Notes: a model not told the origin generated them from the sequence alone. 64,000 nucleotides of DNA from Bdellovibrionota bacterium (GCA_050950765.1 JBMNIF010000002.1:1152001-1216000); one strand, 5' to 3'; positions 52,577 to 62,914 are shown, numbered from the stretch's first letter. Numbers and translations are program-made.

Positions 52577-53651
52577 CCCCCGTAGAAAACCTAGCCGATC
52601 CCGCTCTGCAAGTTGCAGCCTGTTCGTGCTTTTAATTAGGACACCCACTTTTTACCCCCGTGAAGATCTGGCTGATTTATTCTGTAGTTTCAGCCCATCC
52701 AACCGCCCCTGAAGGGTGGCACCAAATTTTTGACCTCTGCAAGTCGCAGCCCGTTTAGTTGTTCTTGGTGGGTGACTAGCGTCACTGAAGCTAGCGTCAC
52801 TGAAGGGTGGCACCAAAACTGCCGAATTCTAATTTTTGCTAACATCTTGATATTACTAGTGTCCCTGAAGGGTGGCACCAGCATCTAGCCGTCCAAGCCA
52901 ATTAGGACACCCGCTTTTACTGGTGGGTGGCACCAAATTTTCAACCTCCGTCAAGATCTAGCTGATCCCGCTCTGCAGTTGTACCCGTCCTGCTGTCCCT
53001 GAAGGGTGGCACCAGATTTTTAACCTCCGTACAGACCTAGCCGATCCCGCTCTGCAGTTGTACCCGTCCTGCTGTAACTGAAGGGTGGCATCAAAACTGC
53101 CGAATTCTAAGTTTTGCTAATATCTTGATATTACTAGATGTTGTAATTTTAGATTTTGGATGTCCTATTTGCAAAACGTCTGCAGCACTGGTGGGTGGCA
53201 CCAAATTCATCCAGTCGCTTAAGTTGTCAAAGCGGCAAAGCGGTAAAAGAGAAGGGTGGCACCAGATTTTTAACCTCCGTACAGACCTAGCCGATCCCGC
53301 TCTGCCGTAGAAAACCTAGCCGATCCCGTCTTGCAGTTACAACCCGTTCGGTCGTCCCTGAAGGGTGGCACCAGCATCTAGCCGTCCAAGCCAATTAGGA
53401 CACCCACTTTTACTGTTGGGTGGCACCAAATTTTTAACCTCCGTCCAGATCTAGCCGATTCGATTTGCAGTTGCAGCCCGTTCAGTTGTTCTTGGTGGGT
53501 GGCACCAAATTCATCCAGTCGCTTAAGTTGTCAAAGCGGTAAAAAAGAAGGGTGGCACCAAATTTTAACCTTCGTAGAAACCTAACCGATTCGGTTTTGC
53601 AGTTGCACCCGTTCAATCGCCCTGAAGGGTGGCAGCAAAATCGCCAAACCT
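52575..53651 (-). repeat. REP-like mosaic array (~14 cores, GGGTGGCACCA on +)
   Basis: Lies between convergent genes and uses the same module library. Confidence 0.93.
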
Positions 53652-54350
53652 CTAAAGGTGTTTAAAATACAGGTAGAGCGTCAATATAAGATCAAAGGTG
53701 TTTGAGAAAAGCATTTTGAAGCCTGCTAAACCTTGAGATACCCAAGCAGCAATCAACGTTAGTATCGTAAGGTTCATACTAATAATAAAAGCAAGAGCAA
53801 CTTTAAAACCTCCGCGTATATAGGTTAAATCCGTTTGATGTGGGGAGATATCGCGCATATTCATAAGAAGATCAGCGCCAACGCCGATCCCTATTAGAGG
53901 GATAGTCAGCTCTGGGATTGAAAAATATATCGGAACAGCCAAAAAGGCAGCGAAGATAGTCATCAAAGGGAACCAATATGGAGCAAGCGCAATCATGGCG
54001 TTATATTTTGCAGAATCCTTAGTATAAGAATAGGTATAGTGCCCTGTCTTTTCTTTTACACACAGCTCTTTAAATTTATTACCAGCGAAAGCTGCCAATA
54101 GATAGTGCTTTAACTCGTGACACGCTACGGAAAAATGCTTAACGATAAAAACTTCAGCTATTAAAAGCCCTATTACTACACCGATAATAAATTGTAGCCA
54201 ATTTGATGGGGAGTTTTCGTCAAAAAGGCTCGGCAACGAGATTAAATTAAAGAGAGAGATAAAAATTAAACAGATCAGTGTAATAAAAAATGCAATGCCG
54301 CCTGATTTTTTCGGTTTTATCTCCTCCTTTTCTTTCTTAAAGCCAAACAT
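53652..54350 (-). CDS. Membrane metallopeptidase, M50-like
   Basis: HELKH (HExxH) next to TM segments; IALAPY; QTD. Confidence 0.7.
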   Translation of the reverse strand: MFGFKKEKEEIKPKKSGGIAFFITLICLIFISLFNLISLPSLFDENSPSNWLQFIIGVVIGLLIAEVFIVKHFSVACHELKHYLLAAFAGNKFKELCVKEKTGHYTYSYTKDSAKYNAMIALAPYWFPLMTIFAAFLAVPIYFSIPELTIPLIGIGVGADLLMNMRDISPHQTDLTYIRGGFKVALAFIISMNLTILTLIAAWVSQGLAGFKMLFSNTFDLILTLYLYFKHL

Positions 54351-54550
54351 CGAATTTATTTATACCCCAACGCTAAGCAACCCAAGTACACTTTTTCCTT
54401 CCATCATATCAAAGAAAACCTGTCCACCAGATGAAATATGATCGAATCTGTGATCAAGCTCCATCGAACGGGATATCTTCTTCGGTTGCCACACCATCAA
54501 CTGCCGTTAACCAACTGTCGTCAAGGTGTGTACTGCTTCCATTACTTAAA

Positions 54551-56127
54551 CCCTAACTCTTCATATTTCAGGAATATATTTCAATAAAAAATTAAATATC
54601 CTTTAAAAAAGGTATTGTGCTTTAAAAATATTGGTGTATTATATATTACGTATTGCGTAATACGTTAGGAGATATATATCATGACATATCCAGATTGGGT
54701 TTTGAAAGAAAAAAAGAAAGGCACTGAGGTAGTTCACAGGAACGGCAAATATTATTTGTATAAAATAAGTTCTGTGTGGAATAAGGAAAAGGGACGTGCT
54801 CAGAAGGTTACCTTAGAATACCTTGGCAGGATAACTGAAGATAAGGGTCTTATTCCCCCTAAACGTAGGGGTTCTTACAAAGATGGAGAAGTTTCTGCAA
54901 AGGAGTATGGAGCTAGCAAAACACTTTGTGAGTTAGGAAAAGACATATTAAATCGCTTAGAAGATAGGTTTCCGAATGATTATCAAAAGATTTTTTCTAT
55001 TGCTGCTTTAAGAGTAATTGAGCGTTGTCCGTTTAAGGGGATTGATTTTTTGTATGAGAAATCTTTTTTATCTGAACGCTTCGGAAAGCTTGCTCTATCT
55101 TCCTCTAGCATATCAAGGTTTTTAAGGGAGCTAGGTAGCCAGAGACCAAAGTTAGTTGGTTTTATGAAAGAGTATGTTTGCGATGTTGATTATCTTTTTT
55201 TTGATTTAACAAATATAATAAGTAAATCGGAAAATGTTGAAATAAATAGAGTTGGCTATAACAGTCATCATGATTTTGATCCTCAAATTGGCTTAATGTA
55301 TGCTTTTTCAGCGGATGACAGTTCTCCCACTTATTACAGAGTTATTCCTGGAAATATAAGAGATGTGAGGGCATTTAAGGGGAGTATAGAAGAGGCTGGT
55401 ATAAAGGATGCTGTAATAGTTGCAGATAAAGGGTTTGGCTCACAAGAGAATTTTAAGTTATTAAAAGAAGCTAATTTAAAATATATTGTTCCATTAAGGC
55501 GCAATAATTCAAACATAAACAGAGAGATTTTAAGATGTGGAGACAAGTCTAAGTTTGAAAATTTTTTCTTTCATAATGCTCGTCCTATATGGCCTTACTC
55601 ATATAAAATAAACGAAGATCGTCTTATTGTTTGTCTTGATGAATCGCTTAAGGCTAGAGAAGAGGCTGATTATCTGCGTAGAGTTCAAGAGAATATAGAA
55701 GGCTACACAAAAGAAGGTTTTATCGATAAACAATACCAATTCGGAACGATTACTTTTCAAACAAATCTCGATTTACCATGCGACAAGGTATTTTGTTTAT
55801 ATAAGGCAAGAAATGAAATAGAGATGACATTCGATTTTTTAAAAAACCTATTAGAGCAAGATCGTGTATACTTGCAAGATAAATATGCGATTGAAGCTTG
55901 GGCGTTCATAAACCATATTTCACTTATGCTTGTTTATTTGATATATCATAAACTTAAAGAAAGTGAACTTATTTCTAAATATTCCATTCAAGAATTTATT
56001 ACACATCTTAAATATATAAGTTATTTAAAAATCGGAGACTCGTGGGTAGTAAGTGAGATTTCAGGTAAAACACAAAAAATTTTAGAAAAATTAAAAATTC
56101 ATATTACGCAAACGTGAAGAGTTAGGG
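54551..56127 (+). mobile_element. IS1634-family insertion sequence, copy 2 (1577 bp)
   Basis: Same 13-bp TIRs; TSD CTTAAA (54545-54550 and 56128-56133). The empty site ATTACTTAAATTAAGG is visible in sister repeats. Confidence 0.9.
54681..56117 (+). CDS. DDE transposase (IS1634-like)
   Basis: Identical to the 30218-31654 protein except one T/A substitution (EETD vs EEAD). Confidence 0.88.
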   Translation: MTYPDWVLKEKKKGTEVVHRNGKYYLYKISSVWNKEKGRAQKVTLEYLGRITEDKGLIPPKRRGSYKDGEVSAKEYGASKTLCELGKDILNRLEDRFPNDYQKIFSIAALRVIERCPFKGIDFLYEKSFLSERFGKLALSSSSISRFLRELGSQRPKLVGFMKEYVCDVDYLFFDLTNIISKSENVEINRVGYNSHHDFDPQIGLMYAFSADDSSPTYYRVIPGNIRDVRAFKGSIEEAGIKDAVIVADKGFGSQENFKLLKEANLKYIVPLRRNNSNINREILRCGDKSKFENFFFHNARPIWPYSYKINEDRLIVCLDESLKAREEADYLRRVQENIEGYTKEGFIDKQYQFGTITFQTNLDLPCDKVFCLYKARNEIEMTFDFLKNLLEQDRVYLQDKYAIEAWAFINHISLMLVYLIYHKLKESELISKYSIQEFITHLKYISYLKIGDSWVVSEISGKTQKILEKLKIHITQT

Positions 56128-56666
56128 CTTAAATTAAGGTTCGTTGTGTTACAACCATCGTTGCGCCGCAAACATCGAATTTATTTATACCCCAACGCTA
56201 AGCAATCCAAGTACACTTTTCCCCTCCATCATATCAAGGGAAACCTATCCACCAGATGAAATATGATCGAATCTGTGATCAAGCTCCATCGAACGGGATA
56301 TCTTTTTCGGTTGCCACACCATCAACTGCCGTTAACCAACTACTGTCAAGCTATGCGCGCTGCTTCCATTACTTAAATTAAGGTTCGTTGTGTTGCAACC
56401 ATCGTTGCGCCGCAAACATCGAATTTATTTATACCCCAACGCTAAGCAACCCAAGTACACTTTTTCCTTCCATCATATCAAAGAAAACCTGTCCACCAGA
56501 TGAAATATGATCGAATCTGTGATCAAGCTCCATCGAACGGGATATCTTCTTCGGTTGCCACACCATCAACTGCCGTTAACCAACTGTCGTCAAGGTGTGT
56601 ACTGCTTCCATTACTTAAATTAAGGTTCGTTGTGTTGCAACCATCGTTGCGCCGCAAACATCGAAT

Positions 56667-57824
56667 TTATTTATACCCCAACGCTACTAATCCAGGGACA
56701 CTTTTCCCTTCCATCATATCAAGGAAAACCTGCCCACCAGATGAAATATGATCAAATCTGTGATCAAACTCCATCGAACGGATAGCTTCTTCAGTTGCCA
56801 CACCACCAGCTACCGTCAAGCCGTGCGCTGCCCCTAGTGATTGAATAAGGTTCGTTGTGCCGTGGGTGTAGTCTTCATTTTCAATAGTACCCATCGGACC
56901 GTTCCAAAGGATCGTTTCAGCATTTACGATCGCTTCTTCAAAAAGGATACTTGTAGCAGGCCCGATATCTAAGACCGTAGAATCCGCTGGAACCTCTTGC
57001 GCTGTAACACATCTAGCTATGCCGCGCGATTTGATAGAATCACCGATCCGAAAATCGACAGGGAAGTAAACTTTACTATCACGTCTTGCCAAAGTTCCGA
57101 TAAAACCCAAGATCTTCGGGAAAAGGTCTCTTTCAATTAGAGAACGTCCCATCTGTGCGCCTTGCGCAGCAAGAAAGGTATTTGCTAGAGCACCACCGAC
57201 TAGAAGCTTATCTGCTTTTTGCGCCATATTATGTAAGATCTCTATACGTGGAGCAGCTCTAGAGCCTCCAATTATTACGCAAAACGGACGCTTCGGATTG
57301 ACAATTGATCTGTCATAATACTCAAGCTCGTTCTTTAACAATAAACCGGCAACAGGGGTTTTGTTGATGGCAAAGACAGTAGTGGTTGACGCCGAAGGTT
57401 TAATTGCATCAGCAAAGGTATCGGAAACGTAGATATCACCGAGTTGAAGCAACTCTTTGGCGAATGACGGATCGCAAGCAGCATCTTCAGAGTTAAGCGC
57501 TAAGTTCTCACACAATAGCACCTCGCCCATTTCAAGGTGCGCACTTTCTTGTTTGGCTTTAGCAAGTGAATCGGCGAATTTTATCTTTAACTCAAAGCGA
57601 GCGCTTAATTTATCAACGATGTTTTTTATAGATTTTTGAGAGGAGTTCGATGTCAACAAAATAATTGCAGCTTGATGCTCCTTTAAGTACTGCAAGCTAG
57701 GCGCAATTCGGCGATACAATCCTATAAGATTTAAAACTTCACCGTTTTCATTTAATGGTAATTCTGCATCAAAGCGTAGGACGACTTTTTTACCCGTTAC
57801 ATCAATCTCATCGAGAAATTTCAT
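56667..57824 (-). CDS. Phosphoglycerate kinase-like protein with degenerate catalytic motifs
   Basis: PGK-collinear: GKKVVLRFD, LCENL, PKRPF..IIGG, GGALANTFLAAQG, LDIGP, ILWNGPMG and HISSGG. Confidence 0.85.
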   Translation of the reverse strand: MKFLDEIDVTGKKVVLRFDAELPLNENGEVLNLIGLYRRIAPSLQYLKEHQAAIILLTSNSSQKSIKNIVDKLSARFELKIKFADSLAKAKQESAHLEMGEVLLCENLALNSEDAACDPSFAKELLQLGDIYVSDTFADAIKPSASTTTVFAINKTPVAGLLLKNELEYYDRSIVNPKRPFCVIIGGSRAAPRIEILHNMAQKADKLLVGGALANTFLAAQGAQMGRSLIERDLFPKILGFIGTLARRDSKVYFPVDFRIGDSIKSRGIARCVTAQEVPADSTVLDIGPATSILFEEAIVNAETILWNGPMGTIENEDYTHGTTNLIQSLGAAHGLTVAGGVATEEAIRSMEFDHRFDHISSGGQVFLDMMEGKSVPGLVALGYK

Positions 57825-58031
57825 ATCTTACAAACCCTCTTATTACCCCGTGCGACGATACTAAGCTTTAATGTTTTTTGCAAAGTACAAAAAGAGCGGC
57901 GTCCTTAGGAAGAAAATTTTTTAACAAAGTAAAAAATTGTGACAGTTGCTCATTTTTTATTTTCGTTTTACCGTCCTAGTTTGGAAATTATCACAACGCT
58001 TAATTTGTAATTTTATCAATTTTGAGGAATC

Positions 58032-58319
58032 GTGAAAAACATTTTATTGGTGGTCATAATATTTTTGTTTGCAGGGTGTGCGGCGCAAAACGTAGAGATA
58101 TCTTCATTTAATAATTACAATGATTATCCTCGTTATAAACAGAGCCAACACTTCTTCTTCTTTGGAGTTGGGCAATACTCTTCAGTTAATGCCCTTCAGA
58201 TCTGTGGAGGTCGTAGCGTTTCTATGGTGAGGACTGAATATGAACCGACAGATCTCCTTTTTGCCATCTTGACGGCTGGAATTTATACCCCAAGGACAGT
58301 AAGTATATATTGCAAATAA
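58032..58319 (+). CDS. Bor/Iss-family lipoprotein
   Basis: Lipobox FAGC; HFFFFGVGQ, ICGG and LTAGIYTPRTVSIYC match the lambda Bor pattern. Confidence 0.85.
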   Translation: MKNILLVVIIFLFAGCAAQNVEISSFNNYNDYPRYKQSQHFFFFGVGQYSSVNALQICGGRSVSMVRTEYEPTDLLFAILTAGIYTPRTVSIYCK

Positions 58320-58509
58320 GTGCAGACAATTTTATAACTTCGTTTATTTGTTGCTAATTTTTGCAATTACTGTTTGCGATAAAAACGTGCAGATCTATAT
58401 TCTGCCCCTGTGATGGTACGTTGGACATTTAGTTGTTCTGTTTATAAAAACAGTGTGTTAAATGTCGGGGATTGTTATTGTTGAAGGACTTTTGTAAGTA
58501 TAAACAGTT

Positions 58510-59367
58510 ATGAGTTGGTTTCTAAGAGAAAAAGCACCTAAACCTTTAGTGGAGTCAAGTGATAAGCTGGTGATTCCTGATGATATTTGGACTAAATGCC
58601 CTGAGTGTGAAGCTGTATTATACACAAAGGAGCTGAAGCGCGCCTACGGCGTTTGTCAAAAATGCGGCTATCACTTTCGCTTAAAAGCACGTGAACGTAT
58701 CCCTCTTTTAGTTGATAGACACTCTTTCGAAGAGATTGATGCTACTTTAAGTGGTGTCGATGTCCTTAATTTCCGAGATACAAAAAGATATAAGGAACGT
58801 CTTAGGAAAGCCGAAAAAACTACGGGAAGCATGGAAGCAGTTATCTGCGGACGTGCCAAAATTAAAGAGATCCCTGTGATGTTGGGAGTTTTCGAATTCG
58901 GTTTTATCGGTGGCAGCATGGGCTCTGTCGTCGGAGAAAAATTAACACGCTTGATTGAAAGAGGTATAGCGGAAGATCGTGCGGTGATAATCGTCTCCGC
59001 TTCCGGTGGTGCCAGAATGCAGGAAGGGATGTATTCTTTAATGCAGATGGCGAAAGTTAGCGCTGCATTAGCCAGATTAGCTCGAAACCGTATTCCGTAT
59101 ATCTCTGTACTAACGCACCCAACTACGGGGGGTGTGGCTGCTTCTTTTGGAACATTGGGAGATGTTATTATTGCGGAGCCGAAAGCTGTCATAGGTTTTG
59201 CTGGCGCTCGTGTAATTGAACGAACCATCAAACAAAAGTTACCTGAGGGATTTCAACGTTCTGAATTTCTGTTAGAGCATGGGTTTTTGGATAGGATCGT
59301 GCAACGTGCTGATATGCGGGATGAGATAGGGTTGATACTTGAAAACTTTGGACGAACGGTGTGTTAA
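58510..59367 (+). CDS. accD: Acetyl-CoA carboxylase carboxyltransferase beta subunit
   Basis: WTKCPEC...VCQKCGYH zinc finger, GGSMGSVVGEK, SGGARMQEG and PTTGGVAAS. Confidence 0.97.
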   Translation: MSWFLREKAPKPLVESSDKLVIPDDIWTKCPECEAVLYTKELKRAYGVCQKCGYHFRLKARERIPLLVDRHSFEEIDATLSGVDVLNFRDTKRYKERLRKAEKTTGSMEAVICGRAKIKEIPVMLGVFEFGFIGGSMGSVVGEKLTRLIERGIAEDRAVIIVSASGGARMQEGMYSLMQMAKVSAALARLARNRIPYISVLTHPTTGGVAASFGTLGDVIIAEPKAVIGFAGARVIERTIKQKLPEGFQRSEFLLEHGFLDRIVQRADMRDEIGLILENFGRTVC

Positions 59368-61871
59368 ACGTGATCAAACTACGCAATTATCATAACTTGT
59401 TTTTAATCATATTTAAAAATGTCATACCGCTTTTGTTATGTATGATCCTCTCAGCACATTTTATGGAGGCAGTGGCGCAAACTGAAAAGGTAGAGCTGTT
59501 CTCTGATGATTTAAAGGAAGTCCAAGAAGGGAAAAAAAAGAGGCTAGCTGAGATCTTAAAAACAAGCGCCCCCACTGATAATAATTTAAAGTTTGATGCG
59601 CCCAACCTTGAATACGACAAAGAAACTCAAAAGATAAAAGGTGATGGTGGTGTCGTTATCTCCTATCAAGGTTTTACCGTTCAAGCAGATGAGGGATCGG
59701 TAGAGACTGAAACGAAAAATGCCGAATTAAAAGGCAATGTATTCATGGCGTGGCCGGATGGCGATATCGGGTGTGATTCTGCCAATCTAAATTTAGAGTC
59801 AGAGACAGGTGTTTTTTACAACAGTAATGCTATCTGGGAAGACGGACAATATAAGATAGCGGCGGAGAAAATTAACAAAGTTTCCGAGTTTGATTATCGT
59901 TTTGACAACTCTTCTCTTACAACGTGCCACTGTGCTGACAACTCTTGCCCGTGGAGTATTAAAAGCAATCGACTTGATGCTAGACAGGAAGGTTATGGTG
60001 TGGCACGTGGTACTTGGTTCGAGATGTACGGAGTGCCGGTCTTTTATATGCCGTACATGATTTTTCCAGTAAAGGCAGAAAGACAGAGTGGATTACTTGC
60101 GCCACGTTATGGTTACAGTAGTGAAGACGGCGTTTCATATTGGCAGCCGATCTTTGCCGTAATTGATGATCAGACAGATCTTTTACTGGAACCTTTTATT
60201 GAAGCAAAAACAAGACGCGGCACAGGAGTTGAGTTTAGAAAAGTCTTTTCGCAACGTAGCAATCTGACGACAAAGTTTTTATATTCTGACGAATCTCCAC
60301 GTGACGGAGATCTAAGAGGCGTGATTACTGATGGAATGTATGATCCCACTTTTGATGAGGATCGTTACGGTGTTTATGTAAATCAATCTTGGAGGTCTGA
60401 GCAGGATGCTGAAGTTCCTCTTAGTTTAGTCACAGACGTTCATTACGTCAGTGATGATCTTTTTTTAAGAGAGATGGATGATTCCGTCTTCGGTCTTTAC
60501 AATCAAAGATACGCCACATCGACCATGCTTGGTACGGCTTCCTTTGGTGATTATCTAACGACCTCTATCGGCGGAGAGTATAATCAGGCGCTGTTTTACG
60601 ATAATGATGATTTAATCTTTCAACGCTTGCCGGAGGTCACGTTATCTACTAAACGTAATTTCAGACCGTTCGGATATACCCCTTACGGTTTAAAGTTACA
60701 GACTGCTGCTGATTTTACCTACACGGAGTTTAGCCGTGATCTAGGCTATGACGGAAGTAGGTTTGATCTAAATCCAACCTTAAAAATGCCGTATCACTAT
60801 AAGAACTATCTGAATGGTGAGTTCGGAGTCGGATTGCACTACACGAGTTATCTGATGCGAGAAGATATGTTTCCAGATGATAGTGGTGTCGTGCTTGATG
60901 ATGGTGACCGTGCAGTGCCCAATTTTACCTACACCCTTTCAACCGGCATTGAACGGGTCTATGACGTTGATTCTGATAGCCCTTTGGCGTGGTTAACATC
61001 GCTTGGCTATACCAATCGAGATAGAAAATTACGTCGTGTTAAGCACGTTATTGAACCAGTTTTCGGCTACCAATATATTCCTGATGTTGAGCAAGATGAT
61101 CTACCCCTTTATGATTCATTAGATAGAATTCGACATAAAAGCTTATTTCTTTATGGTGTAAAAACCTCCTTAGTGGGGCGTTATTTGCCGGACAATGTTG
61201 CAGGTGAGGACGTTCCAGAGTTAACCCCCGAGATTGAAGATCTGCCAACCATAGATAGCGAAACGGCCTTTTCTGAATTGGATATGCCGCGGCAGTTCGA
61301 TAGAAGGACCTCACGCACGCGTGTGCGTCCAGGAGAGGTAAGAGAGGTGATGTCTTTTTTCATTAGACAAACGTATGATTATGTCAAGGAGTCTGATGAT
61401 GACGAAACGACGGAGCCTTTTTCTGATATCGGGATGACGTTCACCTTTGATCCGACACCGAGTATCGGCTTCTCTACAACGGGGAACTACGATTATGAGA
61501 GCTCTAATTTTTCCTCATGGGATTTTAGCACAAAGTTTTTTGACGATAGGAAAGATGCCATAAGACTTGGCTATACATACATAGATGAAGGCACAGAGGT
61601 GAGCCAACTTACAGCGGGGCTTGAAGTGACTTTAACGGATCTCTTTCGTGCGGGGTATTATACCCGTTTTGATGAGGAAGCTAGTGAGTTTTTAGAAAAT
61701 ATGGCGGCGATTCGCTATACCAATCCGTGCAATTGTTGGCATCTTGATCTCGGGTATAGAGACAGGTTGAATCCAGATAAAACGGAGATAATGTTGACCT
61801 TGACCTTTAGAGGGCTGGGAGAGATCGCTCAAAGGTTTGGTGTCGGTAGCGAAGGAACAGGGAGTTTTTAA
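59361..61871 (+). CDS. lptD: LPS-assembly protein LptD (start uncertain)
   Basis: TTCHC...PWSI, VPVFYMPY..FP...RQSGLLAP, QRLPE and HVIEP...Y.YIP; C-terminal CW. Confidence 0.85.
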   Translation: MLNVIKLRNYHNLFLIIFKNVIPLLLCMILSAHFMEAVAQTEKVELFSDDLKEVQEGKKKRLAEILKTSAPTDNNLKFDAPNLEYDKETQKIKGDGGVVISYQGFTVQADEGSVETETKNAELKGNVFMAWPDGDIGCDSANLNLESETGVFYNSNAIWEDGQYKIAAEKINKVSEFDYRFDNSSLTTCHCADNSCPWSIKSNRLDARQEGYGVARGTWFEMYGVPVFYMPYMIFPVKAERQSGLLAPRYGYSSEDGVSYWQPIFAVIDDQTDLLLEPFIEAKTRRGTGVEFRKVFSQRSNLTTKFLYSDESPRDGDLRGVITDGMYDPTFDEDRYGVYVNQSWRSEQDAEVPLSLVTDVHYVSDDLFLREMDDSVFGLYNQRYATSTMLGTASFGDYLTTSIGGEYNQALFYDNDDLIFQRLPEVTLSTKRNFRPFGYTPYGLKLQTAADFTYTEFSRDLGYDGSRFDLNPTLKMPYHYKNYLNGEFGVGLHYTSYLMREDMFPDDSGVVLDDGDRAVPNFTYTLSTGIERVYDVDSDSPLAWLTSLGYTNRDRKLRRVKHVIEPVFGYQYIPDVEQDDLPLYDSLDRIRHKSLFLYGVKTSLVGRYLPDNVAGEDVPELTPEIEDLPTIDSETAFSELDMPRQFDRRTSRTRVRPGEVREVMSFFIRQTYDYVKESDDDETTEPFSDIGMTFTFDPTPSIGFSTTGNYDYESSNFSSWDFSTKFFDDRKDAIRLGYTYIDEGTEVSQLTAGLEVTLTDLFRAGYYTRFDEEASEFLENMAAIRYTNPCNCWHLDLGYRDRLNPDKTEIMLTLTFRGLGEIAQRFGVGSEGTGSF

Positions 61872-61894
61872 GTATAAATTAGGGAGATTAAAAG

Positions 61895-62914
61895 ATGAAG
61901 GTATTAGTTACGGGCGGAGCTGGTTTTATCGGATCTAATTTAGTTCATTTTTTATTGGATGAACGTCCAGAATGGAAAGTTTATGCGTTAGATGCCTTAA
62001 CGTATGCTGGTAATCTTGAGAATCTTGAGAAGTGCCGTAGCAATTATAACTTCTCATTTAGGAAACTTGATATCACTAATGAAGAAGATGTTAATGAGTT
62101 TTTTGAAGAGAAAAAATTTGATCTTGTTTTTCATTTAGCAGCGGAGTCTCATGTAGATAGATCAAATTACAGTGCGTTGCCGTTTGTTAATACAAATGTT
62201 TTAGGAACGGTTAATCTTTTAAATGCTACTATCGCTAATAAAGTTTCCCGTTTTGTACATATATCAACTGATGAGGTTTACGGATCATTAGGACCGAGCG
62301 GATCTTTTTTTGAAACAACACCGATAAATCCGACAAATCCGTATGCTGCCAGTAAGGCAGGATCTGATCTGATGGTGCTATCTTATGTTAAGACGCATAA
62401 GCTTGATGCCGTGATCACCAGATGTACCAACAACTACGGTCCGTTCCAGTTTCCAGAAAAATTTATCCCGTTGTTTGTGACCAATGCTTTGGAAGATAAA
62501 AAATTACCCCTTTATGGTGATGGGATGAATGTTAGGAGTTGGATTCATGTGCTCGATCACTGCCGTGCTCTTTTATGCATTGCAGAGAAGGGTCGCGCTG
62601 GTGAGGTTTATAATGTTGGTGGTTTTAAAGATGGCGAGAAGCCTAATCGTGATGTTGCCATTAAGATTTTAGAGATCCTCTCCAAGCCAGAAAGTTTGTT
62701 GCATTTTGTGGCGGATAGACCAGCGCATGATAGACGTTATTCTGTTGATAGCACGAAGCTACGAACTGAATTGGGGTGGGAGCCGATCGTGCCTATGGAG
62801 CAGGGCTTGGTCGATACTGTGGAATGGTATGTGAATAACAAAGAGTGGTGGCAAAAGATAAAGAGTGGGGAGTATCTAGATTTCTACGATATGCATTACG
62901 GCAAAGAAGAATAG
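61895..62914 (+). CDS. rfbB: dTDP-glucose 4,6-dehydratase
   Basis: DALTYAGN, HLAAESHVDRS, HISTDEVYG, NNYGPFQFPEK and DRPAHDRRY. Confidence 0.96.
   Translation: MKVLVTGGAGFIGSNLVHFLLDERPEWKVYALDALTYAGNLENLEKCRSNYNFSFRKLDITNEEDVNEFFEEKKFDLVFHLAAESHVDRSNYSALPFVNTNVLGTVNLLNATIANKVSRFVHISTDEVYGSLGPSGSFFETTPINPTNPYAASKAGSDLMVLSYVKTHKLDAVITRCTNNYGPFQFPEKFIPLFVTNALEDKKLPLYGDGMNVRSWIHVLDHCRALLCIAEKGRAGEVYNVGGFKDGEKPNRDVAIKILEILSKPESLLHFVADRPAHDRRYSVDSTKLRTELGWEPIVPMEQGLVDTVEWYVNNKEWWQKIKSGEYLDFYDMHYGKEE

Larger units (their letters stand above)
54345..56859 (-). repeat. Tandem amplification of the pgk-like 3' end (original + 3 degenerate copies, period ~242-244 bp), one copy split by an IS
   Basis: AAACATCGAATTTATTTATACCCCAACGCTA at 54345, 56170, 56414 and 56656. 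Confidence 0.93.

Noticed and set aside
23880..53651. Repeat arrays as CRISPR
   Set aside because: The constant unit is only ~11-13 bp, spacers vary widely in length and recur within and between arrays, and no cas genes are present.
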